Made by a program: the position numbers and the translations under genes. The notes under the pieces were generated by a model that saw only the letters and a program-made list of their open reading frames with translations, searched no databases and was not told where the DNA came from. 64,000 bases of DNA, from assembly GCA_964016885.1 (NCBI GenBank), contig OZ024741.1, positions 255,440,001 through 255,504,000 on the forward strand. Direction: 5' to 3'. The stretch comes from Eledone cirrhosa. Its lineage: Eukaryota. Shown in pieces: positions 24,924 through 37,996 of the stretch; position 1 is the stretch's first letter, and every line of letters begins with the position of its first letter.

Positions 24924-27900
24924 TTACGAGTGTTTCGACTTACGAGTGTTTCGACATACGAGTGTTTCGACTTACGAATGTTTTTGCTTACGGGTGTTTC
25001 GACTTACGAATGTTTTTGCTTACGAGTGTTTCGGTTTACGAGTGTTCCGACTTACGAGTGTTCCGACTTACGAGTGTTTCGGCTTACGAGTGTTTCCGGC
25101 TTACGAGTGTTTCAACTTACGAGTGTTCTGACTTACGAGTGTTCTGACTTACGGATGTTTCGACACACGAGTGTTTCGAATTACGAGTGTTTCGACTTAC
25201 GAGTGTTTTGACTTACGGGTGTTTTGACATACGAGTGTTTCGATACGAGTGTTTCGACTTACGAGTGTTCTGACTTACGAGTGTTCTGATTTACGGATGT
25301 TTCGACATACGAGTGTTTCGACTTACGAGTGTTTCGACTTATGAGTGTTTCGACTTACGAGTGTTTCGGCTTACGAGTGTTTCGACTTACGAGTGTTTTG
25401 ACTTACGGTGTTTCGGCTTACGAGTGTTTCGACTTACGACTGTTTTGACTTACGGGTGTTTTGACATACGAGTGTTTCGATACGAGTGTTCTGACTTACG
25501 AGTGTTCTGACTTACGAGTGTTCTGACTTACGAGTGTTCTGACTTACGAGTGTTCTGATTTACGGATGTTTCGACATACGAGTGTTTCGACTTACGAGTG
25601 TTTCGACTTATGAGTGTTTCGACTTACGAGTGTTTCGGCTTACGAGTGTTTCGACTTACGAGTGTTTTGACTTACGGTGTTTCGGCTTACGAGTGTTTCG
25701 ACTTACGAGTGTTTTGACTTACGGGTGTTTTGACATACGAGTGTTTCGATACGAGTGTTCTGACTTACGAGTGTTCTGACTTACGAGTGTTTTGACTTAC
25801 GAGTGTTCTGACTTACGGGTGTTTCGACTTACGAGTATTTTTGGCTTACGAGTGTTTCGACTTACGAGTGTTTTGACTTACGAGTGTTCTGATTTACGAA
25901 TGTTTCGACATACGAGTGTTTCGACTTACGAATGTTTCGACTTATGAGTGTTTCGACTTACGAGTGTTTCGGCTTACGAGTGTTTCGACTTACGAGTGTT
26001 TTGACTTACGGTGTTTCGGCTTACGAGTGTTTCGACTTACGAGTGTTTTGACTTACGGGTGTTTTGACATACGAGTGTTTCGATACGAGTGTTCTGACTT
26101 ACGAGTGTTCTGACTTACGAGTGTTTTGACTTACGAGTGTTCTGACTTACGAGTGTTCCGACTTACGAGTGTTTTGACTTACGGTGTTTCGGCTTACGAG
26201 TGATTCGACTTACGAGTGTTTTGACTTACGGGTGATTTGACTTACGGGTGTTGTGAATTTCGAGTGTTCCGATTTACGAGTGTTTTGACTTACGGTGTTT
26301 CGGCTTACGAGTGATTCGACTTACGAATGTTTTGACTTACGGGTGTTTCGGCTTGCGAGTGTTTCGACTTACGAGTGTTTCGGCTTATGGGTGTTTCGAC
26401 TTACTAATGTTTTTACTTACGAGTGTTTCGGCGTACGAGTGTTTTGACTTACGAGTGTTTCGACTTACGAGTGTTTCGACTTACGAGTGTTTCGACTTAC
26501 GAGTGTTTCGGCTTACGTGAGTTTCGACTTAAGAGTGTTCTGATTTACGAGTGTTCTGACTTGCGGGTGTTCTGATTTACGAGTGTTCCGACTTACGAGT
26601 GTTTCGGCTTATTAGTGTTTCGACTTATGGGTGTTTCGACTTACGAGTGTTTTTACTTACGGTGTTTCGGCTTACGAGTGTTTCGACATACGAGTGTTTT
26701 GACTTACGGGTGTTTCGACTTACGAGTGTTTTGACTTACGAATGTTTTGACTTACGGGTGTTTCGGCTTACGAGTGTTTCGACTTACGAGTGTTTAGGCT
26801 TACGAGTGTTTCGACTTACTAATGTTCTTACGAGTGTTTCGGCGTACGAGAGTTTTGACTTACGAGTGTTTCGACTGACGAGTGTTTCGACTTACGAGTG
26901 TTTTGACTTACGAATGTTTTGACTTACGGGTGTTTCGGCTGACGATTGTTTCGACTTACGAGTCTTTCGGCTTACGAGTGTTTCGACTTACTAATGTTTT
27001 TACTTACGAGTGTTTCGGCGTACGAGTGTTTCGACTTACGAGTGTTTCGACTTACGGGTGTTTTGACTTACGGGTGTTTCGGCTTACGAGTGTTTTGACT
27101 TACGAGTGTTTTGACTTAAGGGTGTTTCGACTTACGAGTATTTTTGGCTTACGAGTGTTTCGACTTACGAGTGTTTTGACTTACGAGTGTTCTGATTTAC
27201 GGATGTTTCGACATACGAGTGTTTCGACTTACGAGTGTTTCGACTTATGAGTGTTTCGACTTACGAGTGTTTCGGCTTATGAGTGTTTCGACTTACGAGT
27301 GCTTCGGCTTACGAGTGTTTCGACTTACGAGTATTTCGGCTTACGAGTGTTTCGACGTACGAATGTTTTGGCTTACGAGTGTTTCGGCTTATGAGTGTTT
27401 CGGCTTACGAGTGTTTCGGCTTACGAGTGTTTCGGCTTACGAGTGTTTCAGTGTTTCGGCTTACGTGTGTTTCGACTTACGAGTGTTTCGACTTACGAGT
27501 GTTTTGACTTACGAGTGTTCTGATTTACGGATGTTTCGACATACGAGTGTTTCGACTTACGAGTGTTTCGACTTATGAGTGTTTCGACTTACGAGTGTTT
27601 CGACTTACGAGTGTTTCGGCTTGTGATTGTTTCGACTTACGAGTGTTTTGACTTACGGTGTTTCAGCTGACGAGTGTTTCGACTTACGAGTGTTTTGACT
27701 TACGGGTGTTTTGACATACGAGTGTTTCGATACGAGTGTTCTGACTTACGAGTGTTCTGACTTACGAGTGTTTTGACTTACGAGTGTTCTGACTTACGAG
27801 TGTTCCGACTTACGAGTGTTCCGACTTACGAGTGTTTCGGCTTACGAGTGTTTTGACTTAAGGGTGTTTCGACTTACGAGTGTTTCGATACGAGTGTTTC

Positions 27901-28197
27901 GACTTACGAGTGTTTCGGCTTACGAGTGTTTCGACTTACGAGTGTTTCGACTTACGAGTGTTCCGACTTACGGGTGTTTCGACTTACGAGTGTTTTGGCT
28001 TACGGTGTTTCGACTTACGAGTGTTTCGAGTTAAGAGTGTTTTGACTTACGAGTATTCTGATTTACGAGTGTTCTGACTTACGAGTGTTCTGACTTACGA
28101 GTGTTCTGACTTACGAGTGTTCTGACTTACGAGTGTTCCGACTTTACGAGTGTTTCGGCTCACGAGTGTTTCGGCTTACGAGTGTTTCGACTTACGA

Positions 28198-28274
28198 AAA
28201 TAACAAATAGACGCGGTTTCAAATCTCTATGCTTTTCAAATTCATTACATTAATCTTTATTTATACGTTTCGCT
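28198..28274. repeat. 77-bp cassette, copy 10
   Basis: Same sequence; copy 4 +16309. Confidence 0.95.
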
Positions 28275-29029
28275 TTACGAGTGTTTCGACTTACGAGTGT
28301 TTCGACATACGAGTGTTTCGACTTACGAATGTTTTTGCTTACGGGTGTTTCGACTTACGAATGTTTTTGCTTACGAGTGTTTCGGTTTACGAGTGTTCCG
28401 ACTTACGAGTGTTCCGACTTACGAGTGTTTCGGCTTACGAGTGTTTCCGGCTTACGAGTGTTTCAACTTACGAGTGTTCTGTCTTACGAGTGTTCTGATT
28501 TACGGATGTTTCGACACACGAGTGTTTCGAATTACGAGTGTTTCGACTTACGAGTGTTTTGACTTACGGGTGTTTTGACATACGAGTGTTTCGATACGAG
28601 TGTTTCGACTTACGAGTGTTCTGACTTACGAGTGTTCTGTCTTACGAGTGTTCTGACTTACGAGTGTTCTTACTTACGAGTGTTCCGACTTACGAGTGTT
28701 CCGACTTACGAGTGTTTCGGCTTACGAGTGTTTCGGCTTACGAGTGTTTCGACTTACGAATGTTTCGACTTACGAGTGTTCCGACTTACGGGTGTTTCGA
28801 CTTACGAGTGTTTTGGCTTACGGTGTTTCGGCTTACGAGTGTTTCGAGTTACGAGTGTTTTGACTTACACGTGTTTTGACATACGAGTGTTTCGATACGA
28901 GTGTTCTGACTTACGAGTGTTCTGACTTACGAGTGTTCTGACTTACGAGTGTTCTGACTTACGAGTGTTCCGACTTTACGAGTGTTTCGGCTCACGAGTG
29001 TTTCGGCTTACGAGTGTTTCGACTTACGA

Positions 29030-29106
29030 AAATAACAAATAGACGCGGTTTCAAATCTCTATGCTTTTCAAATTCATTACATTAATCTTTATTTATACGT
29101 TTCGCT
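29030..29106. repeat. 77-bp cassette, copy 11
   Basis: Same sequence; copy 5 +16309. Confidence 0.95.
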
Positions 29107-30809
29107 TTACGAGTGTTTCGACTTACGAGTGTTTCGACATACGAGTGTTTCGGCTTACGAGTGTTTCGACTTACGAGTGTTTCGACTTACGAGTGTTTCG
29201 GCTTACGAGTGTTTTGACTTACGAATGTTTTGACTTACGATTGTTTCGGCTTACGAGTGTTTCGACTTACGAGTGTTCTGACTACGAGTGTTCTGACTTA
29301 CGGGTGTTCTGACTTACGAGTGTTCCGACTTACGAGTGTTTCGGCTTATGAGTGTTTCGACTTACGAGTGCTTCGACTTACGAGTGTTTCGGCTTACGGG
29401 TGTTTCGACTTACGAATGTTTTTGCTTACGAGTGTTTCGGCTTACGAGTGTTTCGGCTTATGAGTGTTTCGACTTACGAGTGTTTTGACTTACGGGTGTT
29501 TTGACATACGAGTGTTTCGATACGATTGTTCTGACTTACGAGTGTTTCCGCTTACGAGTGTTTCGGCTTACGAGTGTTTCGACTTACTAATGTTTTTACT
29601 TACGAGTGTTTCGGTGTACGAGTGTTTCGACTTAAGGATGTTTCGACTTACGAGTGTTTCGACTTACGAGTGTTTCGACTTAGGAGTGTTTCGACTTACG
29701 AGTGTTTTGGCTTACGAATGTTTTGACTTACGGGTGTTTCGACTTACGAGTGTTTCGGCTTATGAGTGTTTCGACTTACGGGCGTTTCGACTTACGGGTG
29801 TTTCGACTTACGAGTGTTTTGGCTTACGAATGTTTTGACTTACGGGTGTTTCGACTTACGAGTGTTTCGACTTATGAGTGTTTGGACTTACGAGTGTTTC
29901 GGCTTATGAGTGTTTCGACTTACGAGTGCTTCGGCTTACGAGTGTTTCGACTGACGAATGTTTTGGCTTACGAGTGTTTCGGCTTATGAGTGTTTCGGCT
30001 TACGAGTGTTTCGACTTACGAGGGTTTCGGCTTACGAGTGTTTCAGTGTTTCGGCTTACGTGTGTTTCGACTTACGAGTGTTTCGACTTACGACTGTTTC
30101 GGCTTACGAGTGTTTCGGCTTACGAGTGTTTCGGCTTACGAGTGTTTTGAATTACGATTGTTTGGCTTACGAGTGTTCTGACTTACGGGTGTTCTGACTT
30201 ACGAGGGTTCCGACTTACGAGTGTTTCGGCTTATGAGGGTTTCGACTTACGAGTGCTTCGGCTTACGAGTGTTTCGACTTACGTGTGTTTCGGCTTACGA
30301 GTGTTTCGACTTACGGTGTTTCGGCTTACGAGTGTTTCGACATACGAGTGTTTTGACGTACGGGTGTTTCGACTTACGGGTCTTTCGACTTAAGAGTGTT
30401 TCGACTTACGAGCGCTTCGACTTACGAGTGTTTCGACTTACGAGTGTTTCGACTTACGAGTGTTTCGAATTACGAGTGTTTCGACTTACGAGTGTTTTGA
30501 CTTACGAGTGTTTTGACTTACGGTGTTTCTGCTTACGAGTGTTTCGACTTACGAGTGTTATGACTTACGGGTGTTTTGACATACGAGTGTTTCGACTTAC
30601 GAGTGTTTTGACTTACGGGTGTTTTGACATACGAGTGTTTCGATAGGAGTGTTTCGAATTACGAGTGTTCTGACTTACGAGTGTTCTGACTTACGAGTGT
30701 TCTGACTTACGAGTGTTCTGACTTACGAGTGTTCTGACTTACGAGTGTTCCGACTTTACGAGTGTTTCGGCTCACGAGTGTTTCGGCTTACGAGTGTTTC
30801 GACTTACGA

Positions 30810-30886
30810 AAATAACAAATAGACGCGGTTTCAAATCTCTATGCTTTTCAAATTCATTACATTAATCTTTATTTATACGTTTCGCT
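30810..30886. repeat. 77-bp cassette, copy 12
   Basis: Same sequence; copy 6 +16309. Confidence 0.95.
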
Positions 30887-32116
30887 TTACGAGTGTTTCG
30901 ACTTACGAGTGTTTCGACATACGAGTGTTTCGGCTTACGAGTGTTTTGATTTACAAGTGTTTTGACTTACGGGTGCTTCGACTTACGCGTGTTTCGACTT
31001 ACGAGTGTTTCGACTTACGAGTGTTTCGGCTTATGAGTGTTTTGACTTACGAATGTTTTGACTTACGATTGTTTCGGCTTACGAGTGTTTCGACTTACGA
31101 GTGTTCTGACTACGAGTGTTCTGACTTACGGGTGTTCTGACTTACGAGTGTTCTGACTTACGAGTGTTTCGGCTTATGAGTGTTTCGACTTACGAGTGCT
31201 TCGACTTACGAGTGTTTCGGCTTACGGGTGTTTCGACTTACGAATGTTTTTGCTTACGAGTGTTTCGGCTTACGAGTGTTTCGGCTTATGAGTGTTTCGA
31301 CTTACGAGTGTTTTGACTTACGGGTGTTTTGACATACGAGTGTTTCGATACGATTGTTCTGACTTACGAGTGTTTCCGCTTACGAGTGTTTCGGCTTACG
31401 ATTGTTTCGACTTACTAATGTTTTTACTTACGAGTGTTTCGGTGTACGAGTGTTTCGACTTACGAGTGTTTCGACTTACGAGTGTTTCGACTTACGAGTG
31501 TTTCGACTTACGAGTGTTTTGGCTTACGAATGTTTTGACATACGGGTGTTTCGGCTTACGAGTGTTTCGACTTACGAGTGTTTCGGCTTGCGAGTGTTTC
31601 GACTTACTAATGTTTTTACTTACGAGTGTTTCGACTTACGAGTGTTCTGACTTACGAGTGTTCTGATTTACGGATGTTTCGACATACGAGTGTTTCGACT
31701 TACGAGTGTTTCGACTTACGAGTGTTTTGACTTACGGGTGTTTTGACATACGAGTGTTTCGATACGAGTGTTTCGACTTACGAGTGTTCTGACTTACGAG
31801 TGTTCTGACTTACGAGTGTTCTGACTTACGAGTGTTCTGATTTACGAGAGTTCCGACTTACGAGTGTTTCGACTTACGAGTGTTTCGACTTACGAGTGTT
31901 CCGACTTACGGGTGTTTCGACTTACGAGTGGTTTGGCTTACGGTGTTTCGGCTTACGAGTGTTTCGAGTTACGAGTGTTTTGACTTACGCGTGTTTGACA
32001 TACGAGTGTTTCGATACGAGTGTTCTGACTTACGAGTGTTCTGACTTACGAGTGTTCCGACTTTACGAGTGTTTCGGCTCACGAGTGTTTCGGCTTACGA
32101 GTGTTTCGACTTACAA

Positions 32117-32193
32117 AAATAACAAATAGACGCGGTTTCAAATCTCTATGAATTTCAAATTCATTACATTAATCTTTATTTATACGTTTCGCT
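32117..32193. repeat. 77-bp cassette, copy 13 (variant allele)
   Basis: Same variant as copy 7, +16309. Confidence 0.95.
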
Positions 32194-35100
32194 TTACGAG
32201 TGTTTCGACTTACGAGTGTTTCGACATACGAGTGTTTCGACTTCCGAATGTTTTCGCTTACGGGTGTATCGACTTACGAATGTTTCGGCTTACGAGTGTT
32301 TCGGCTTACGAGTGTTCCGACTTAGGAGTGTTTCGGCTTACGGGTGTTTCCGGCTTACGAGTGTTTCGACTTTAGAGTGTTTCGACTTTAGAGTGTTTTG
32401 ACTTACGGTGTTTCGGCTTACGAGTGATTCGACTTACGAGTGTTTTGACTTACGAGTGTTTCGACTTACGAGTGTTTTGACTTACGAATGTTTTGACTTA
32501 CGGGTGTTTCGGCTTACGAGTGTTTCGACTTACGAGTGTTTCGGCTTGCGAGTGTTTCGACTTACTAATGTTTTTACTTACGAGTGTTTAGGCGTACGAG
32601 TGTTTCGACTTACGAGTGTTTCGACTTACGGGTGTTTTGACTTACGGGTGTTTCGGCTTACCAGTGTTTCGACTTACGAGTGATTTGACTTACGAGTGTT
32701 TCGGATTACGAGTGTTTTGACTTCAGGGTGTTTAGACTTACGAGTGTTTCGATACGAGTGTTTCGACTTACGAGTGTTCTGACTTACGAGTATTCTGATT
32801 TACGGATGTTTCGACACACGAGTGTTTCGAATTACGAGTGTTTCGACTTACGAGTGTTTTGACTTACGGGTGTTTTGACATACGAGTGTTTCGATACGAG
32901 TGTTTCGACTTATGAGTGTTTCGACTTACGAGTGTTCTGACTTACGAGTGTTCTGACTTACGAGTGTTCTGATTTACGGATGTTTCGACACACGAGTGTT
33001 TCGATACGAGTGTTTCGACTTACGAGTGTTTCGACTTATGAGTGTTTCGACTTACGAGTGTTCTGACTTACGAGTGTTCTGACTTACGAGTGTTCCGACT
33101 TACGAGTGTTTCGGTTTACGAGTGTTTCGACATACGAGTGTTTTGACTTACGGGTGTTTCGACTTACGGGTGTTTCGACTTACGAGTGTTTTGGCTTACG
33201 AGTGTTTCGACTTACTAATGTTTTTACTTACGAGTGTTTCGGTGTACGAATGTTTTGACTTAAGGATGTTTCGACTTACGAGTGTTTCGACTTACGAGTG
33301 TTTCGGCTTACGTGAGTTTCGACTTAAGATTGTTCTGATTTACGAGTGTTCTGACTTACGAGTGTTTCGGCTTATGAGTGTTTCGACTTACGAGTGTTTC
33401 GGCTTACGAGTGTTTCGACTTATGGGTGTTTCGAATTACGAGTGTTTTTACTTACGGTGTTTCGGCTTACGAGTGTTTCGACATACGAGTGTTTTGACTT
33501 ACGGGTGTTTCGGCTTACGAGTGTTTCGACTTACGAGTGTTTTGACTTACGGGTGTTTCGACTTACGAGTATTTTTGGCTTACGAGTGTTTCGACTTACG
33601 AGTGTTTTGACTTACGAGTGTTCTGATTTACGGATGTTTCGACATACGAGTGTTTCGACTTACGAGTGTTTCGACTTATGAGTGTTTCGACTTACGAGTG
33701 TTTCGGCTTACGAGTGTTTTGACTTACGGTGTTTCGGCTTACGAGTGTTTCGACTTACGAGTGTTTTGACTTACGGGTGATTTGACATACGAGTGTTTCG
33801 ATACGAGTGTTCTGACTTACGAGTGTTTTGACTTACGAGTGTTCTGACTTACGAGTGTTCTGACTTACGAGTGTTCCGACTTACGAGTGTTCCGACTTAC
33901 GAGTGTTTCGGCTTACGAGTGTTTCCGGCTTACGAGTGTTTCGACTTCCGAGTGTTTTGACTTACGGTGTTTCGGCTTACGAGTGATTCGACTTACGAGT
34001 GTTTTGACTTACGGGTGATTTGACTTACGGGTGTTGTGAATTACGAGTGTTCCGATTTACGAGTGTTTTGACTTACGGTGTTTCGGCTTACGAGTGATTC
34101 GACTTACGAATGTTTTGACTTACGGGTGTTTCGGCTTGCGAGTGTTTCGACTTACGAGAGTTTCGGCTTATGGGTGTTTCGGCTTACTAATGTTTTTACT
34201 TACGAGTGTTTCGGCGTACGAGTGTTTTGACTTACGAGTGTTTCGACTTACGAGTGTTTCGACTTACGAGTGTTTCGGCTTACGTGAGTTTCGACTTAAG
34301 AGTGTTCTGATTTACGAGTGTTCTGACTTGCGGGTGTTCTGATTTACGAGTGTTCCGACTTACGAGTGTTTCGGCTTATTAGTGTTTCGACTTACGAGTG
34401 TTTCGGCTTACGAGTGTTTCGACTTATGGGTGTTTCGACTTACGAGTGTTTTTACTTACGTTGTTTCGGCTTACGAGTGTTTCGACATACGAGTGTTTTG
34501 ACTTACGGGTGTTTCGACTTACGAGTGTTTTGACTTACGAATGTTTTGACTTACGGGTGTTTCGGCTTACGAGTGTTTCGACTTACGAGTGTTTCGGCGT
34601 ACGAGTGTTTCGACTTATGGGTGTTTCGACTTACGAGTGTTTTTACTTACGGTGTTTCGGCTTACGAGTGTTTCGACATACGAGTGTTTTGACTTACGGG
34701 TGTTTCGACTTACGAGTGTTTTGACTTACGAGTGTTTCGACTTATGACTGTTTCGACTTACGAGTGTTTCGGCTTATGAGTGTTTCGACTTACGAGTGCT
34801 TCGGCTTACGAGTGTTTCGACTTACGAGTATTTCGGCTTTCGAGTGTTTCGACGTAAGAATGTTTTGGCTTACGAGTGTTTCGGCTTATGAGTGTTTCGG
34901 CTTACGAGTGTTTCGACTTACGAGTGTTTCGGCTTACGAGTGTTTCAGTGTTTCGGCTTACGTGTGTTTCGACTTACGAGTGTTTCGACTTACGACTGTT
35001 TCGGTTTACGAGTGTTTCGGCTTACGACTGTTTCGACTTACGAGTGTTTTGACTTACGAATGTTTTGACTTACGGGTGTTTCGGCTTACGAGTGTTTCGA

Positions 35101-37919
35101 CTTACGAGTCTTTCGGCTTACGAGTGTTTCGACTTACTAATGTTTTTACTTACGAGTGTTTCGGCGTACGAGTGTTTCGACTTACGAGTGTTTCGATTTA
35201 CGGGTGTTTTGACTTACGGGTGTTTCGGCTTACGAGTGTTTTGACTTACGAGTGTTTTGACTTAAGGGTGTTTCGACTTACGAGTATTTTTGGCTTACGA
35301 GTGTTTCGACTTACGAGTGTTTTGACTTACGAGTGTTCTGATTTACGGATGTTTCGACATACGAGTGTTTCGACTTACGAGTGTTTCGACTTACTAATGT
35401 TCTTACGAGTGTTTCGGCGTACGAGAGTTTTGACTTACGAGTGTTTCGACTTATGAGTGTTTCGACTTACGAGTGTTTTGACTTACGAATGTTTTGACTT
35501 ACGGGTGTTTCGGCTTACGAGTGTTTCGACTTACGAGTCTTTCGGCTTACGAGTGTTTCGACTTACTAATGTTTTTACTTACGAGTGTTTCGGCGTACGA
35601 GTGTTTCGACTTACGAGTGTTTCGACTTACGGGTGTTTTGACTTACGGGTGTTTCGGCTTACGAGTGTTTTGACTTACGAGTGTTTTGACTTAAGGTTGT
35701 TTCGACTTACGAGTATTTTTGGCTTACGAGTGTTTCGACTTACGAGTGTTTTGACTTACGAGTGTTCTGATTTACGGATGTTTCGACATACGAGTGTTTC
35801 GACTTACGAGTGTTTCGACTTATGAGTGTTTCGACTTACGAGTGTTTCGGCTTATGAGTGTTTCGACTTACGAGTGCTTCGGCTTACGAGTGTTTCGACT
35901 TACGAGTATTTCGGCTTACGAGTGTTTCGACGTACGAATGTTTTGGCTTACGAGTGTTTCGGCTTATGAGTGTTTCGGCTTACGAGTGTTTCGACTCACG
36001 AGTGTTTCGGCTTACGAGTGTTTCAGTGTTTCGGCTTACGTGTGTTTCGACTTACGATTGTTTCGACTTACTACTGTTTCGGCTTACGAGTGTTTCGGCT
36101 TGCGAGTGTTTCGGCTTACGAGTGTTTTGACTTACGAGTGTTTTGACTTACGATTGTTTGGCTTACGAGTGTTCGGACTTACGGGTGTTCTGACTTTCGA
36201 ATGTTCCGACTTACGAGTGTTTCGGCTTGTGAGGGTTTCGACTTACGAGTGCTTCGGTTTACGAGTGTTTCGACTTACGAGTGTTTCGGCTTACGAGTGT
36301 TTCGACTTACGAGTGTTTCGACTTACGAGTGTTTTGACTTACGGTGTTTCGGCTTACGAGTGTTTCGACATACGAGTGTTTTGACGTACGGGTGTTTCGA
36401 CTTACGGGTCTTTCGACTTAAGAGTGTTTCGACTTACGAGCGCTTCGACTTACGAGTGTTTCGACTTACGAGTGTTTCGGCGTATGAGTGTTTTGACTTA
36501 CGAGTGTTTCGACTTACGAGTGTTTCGAATTACGAGTGTTTCGACTTACGAGTGTTTTGACTTACGAGTGTTTTGACTTCGGTGTTTCTGCTTACGAGTG
36601 TTTCGACTTACGAGTGTTATGACTTACGGGTGTTTTCACATACGAGTGTTTCGACTTACGAGTGTTTTGACTTACGGGTGTTTTGACATACGAGTGTTTC
36701 GATACGAGTGTTCTGACTTACGAGTGTTCTGACTTACGAGTGTTCTGACTTACGAGTGTTTCGACATACGAGTGTTTTGACTTACGGGTGTTTCGACTTA
36801 CGAGTGTTTTCACTTACGAATGTTTTGACTTACGGGTGTTTCGGCTTACGAGTGTTTCGACTTACGAGTGTTTCGGCTTACGAGTGTTTCGACTTACTAA
36901 TATTTTTACTTACGAGTGTTTCGGCGTACGAGAGTTTTGACTTACGCGTGTTTCGACTTGCGAGTGTTTCGACTTACGAGTATTTTGACTTACGAATGTT
37001 TTGACTTACGGGTGTTTCGGCTTACGAGTGTTTCGACTTACGAGTCTTTCGGCTTACGAGTGTTTCGACTTACTAATGTTTTTACTTACGAGTGTTTCGG
37101 CGTACGAGTGTTTCGACTTCTGAGTGTTTCGACTTACGGGTGTTTTGACTGACGGGTGTATCGGCTTACGAGTGTTTTGACTTACGAGTGTTTTGACTTA
37201 AGGGTGTTTCGACTTACGAGTATTTTTGGCTTACGAGTGTTTCGACTTACGAGTGTTTTGACTTACGAGTGTTCTGATTTACGGATGTTTCGACATACGA
37301 GTGTTTCGACTTACGAGTGTTTCGACTTATGAGTGTTTCGACTTACGAGTGTTTCGACTTACGAGTGTTTCGGCTTGTGATTGTTTTGACTTACGAGTGT
37401 TTTGACTTACGGTGTTTCAGCTTACGAGTGTTTCGACTTACGAGTGTTTTGACTTACGGGTGTTTTGACATACGAGTGTTTCGATACGAGTGTTCTGACT
37501 TACGAGTGTTCTGACTTACGAGTGTTCCGACTTACGAGTGTTCCGACTTACGAGTGTTTCGGCTTACGAGTGTTTTGACTTAAGGGTGTTTCGACTTACG
37601 AGTGTTTCGATACGAGTGTTTCGACTTACGAGTGTTTCGGCTTACGAGTGTTTCGACTTACGAGTGTTTCGACTTACGAGTGTTCCGACTTACGGGTGTT
37701 TCGACTTACGAGTGTTTTGGCTTACGGTGTTTCGACTTACGAGTGTTTCGAGTTAAGAGTGTTTTGACTTACGAGTGTTCTGATTTACGAGTGTTCTGAC
37801 TTACGAGTGTTCTGACTTACGAGTGTTCTGACTTACGAGTGTTCTGACTTACGAGTGTTCCGACTTTACGAGTGTTTCGGCTCACGAATGTTTCGGCTTA
37901 CGAGTGTTTCGACTTACGA

Positions 37920-37996
37920 AAATAACAAATAGACGCGGTTTCAAATCTCTATGCTTTTCAAATTCATTACATTAATCTTTATTTATACGTTTCGCT
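37920..37996. repeat. 77-bp cassette, copy 14
   Basis: Same sequence as 881-957. Confidence 0.95.

Larger units (their letters stand above)
17789..34106 (+). repeat. 16,309-bp higher-order repeat, copy 2 (direct tandem duplication)
   Basis: Identity with copy 1 starts at 17789 (=1480) and ends at 34106 (=17797). The only difference I found is G19695 vs C3386. Confidence 0.95.
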
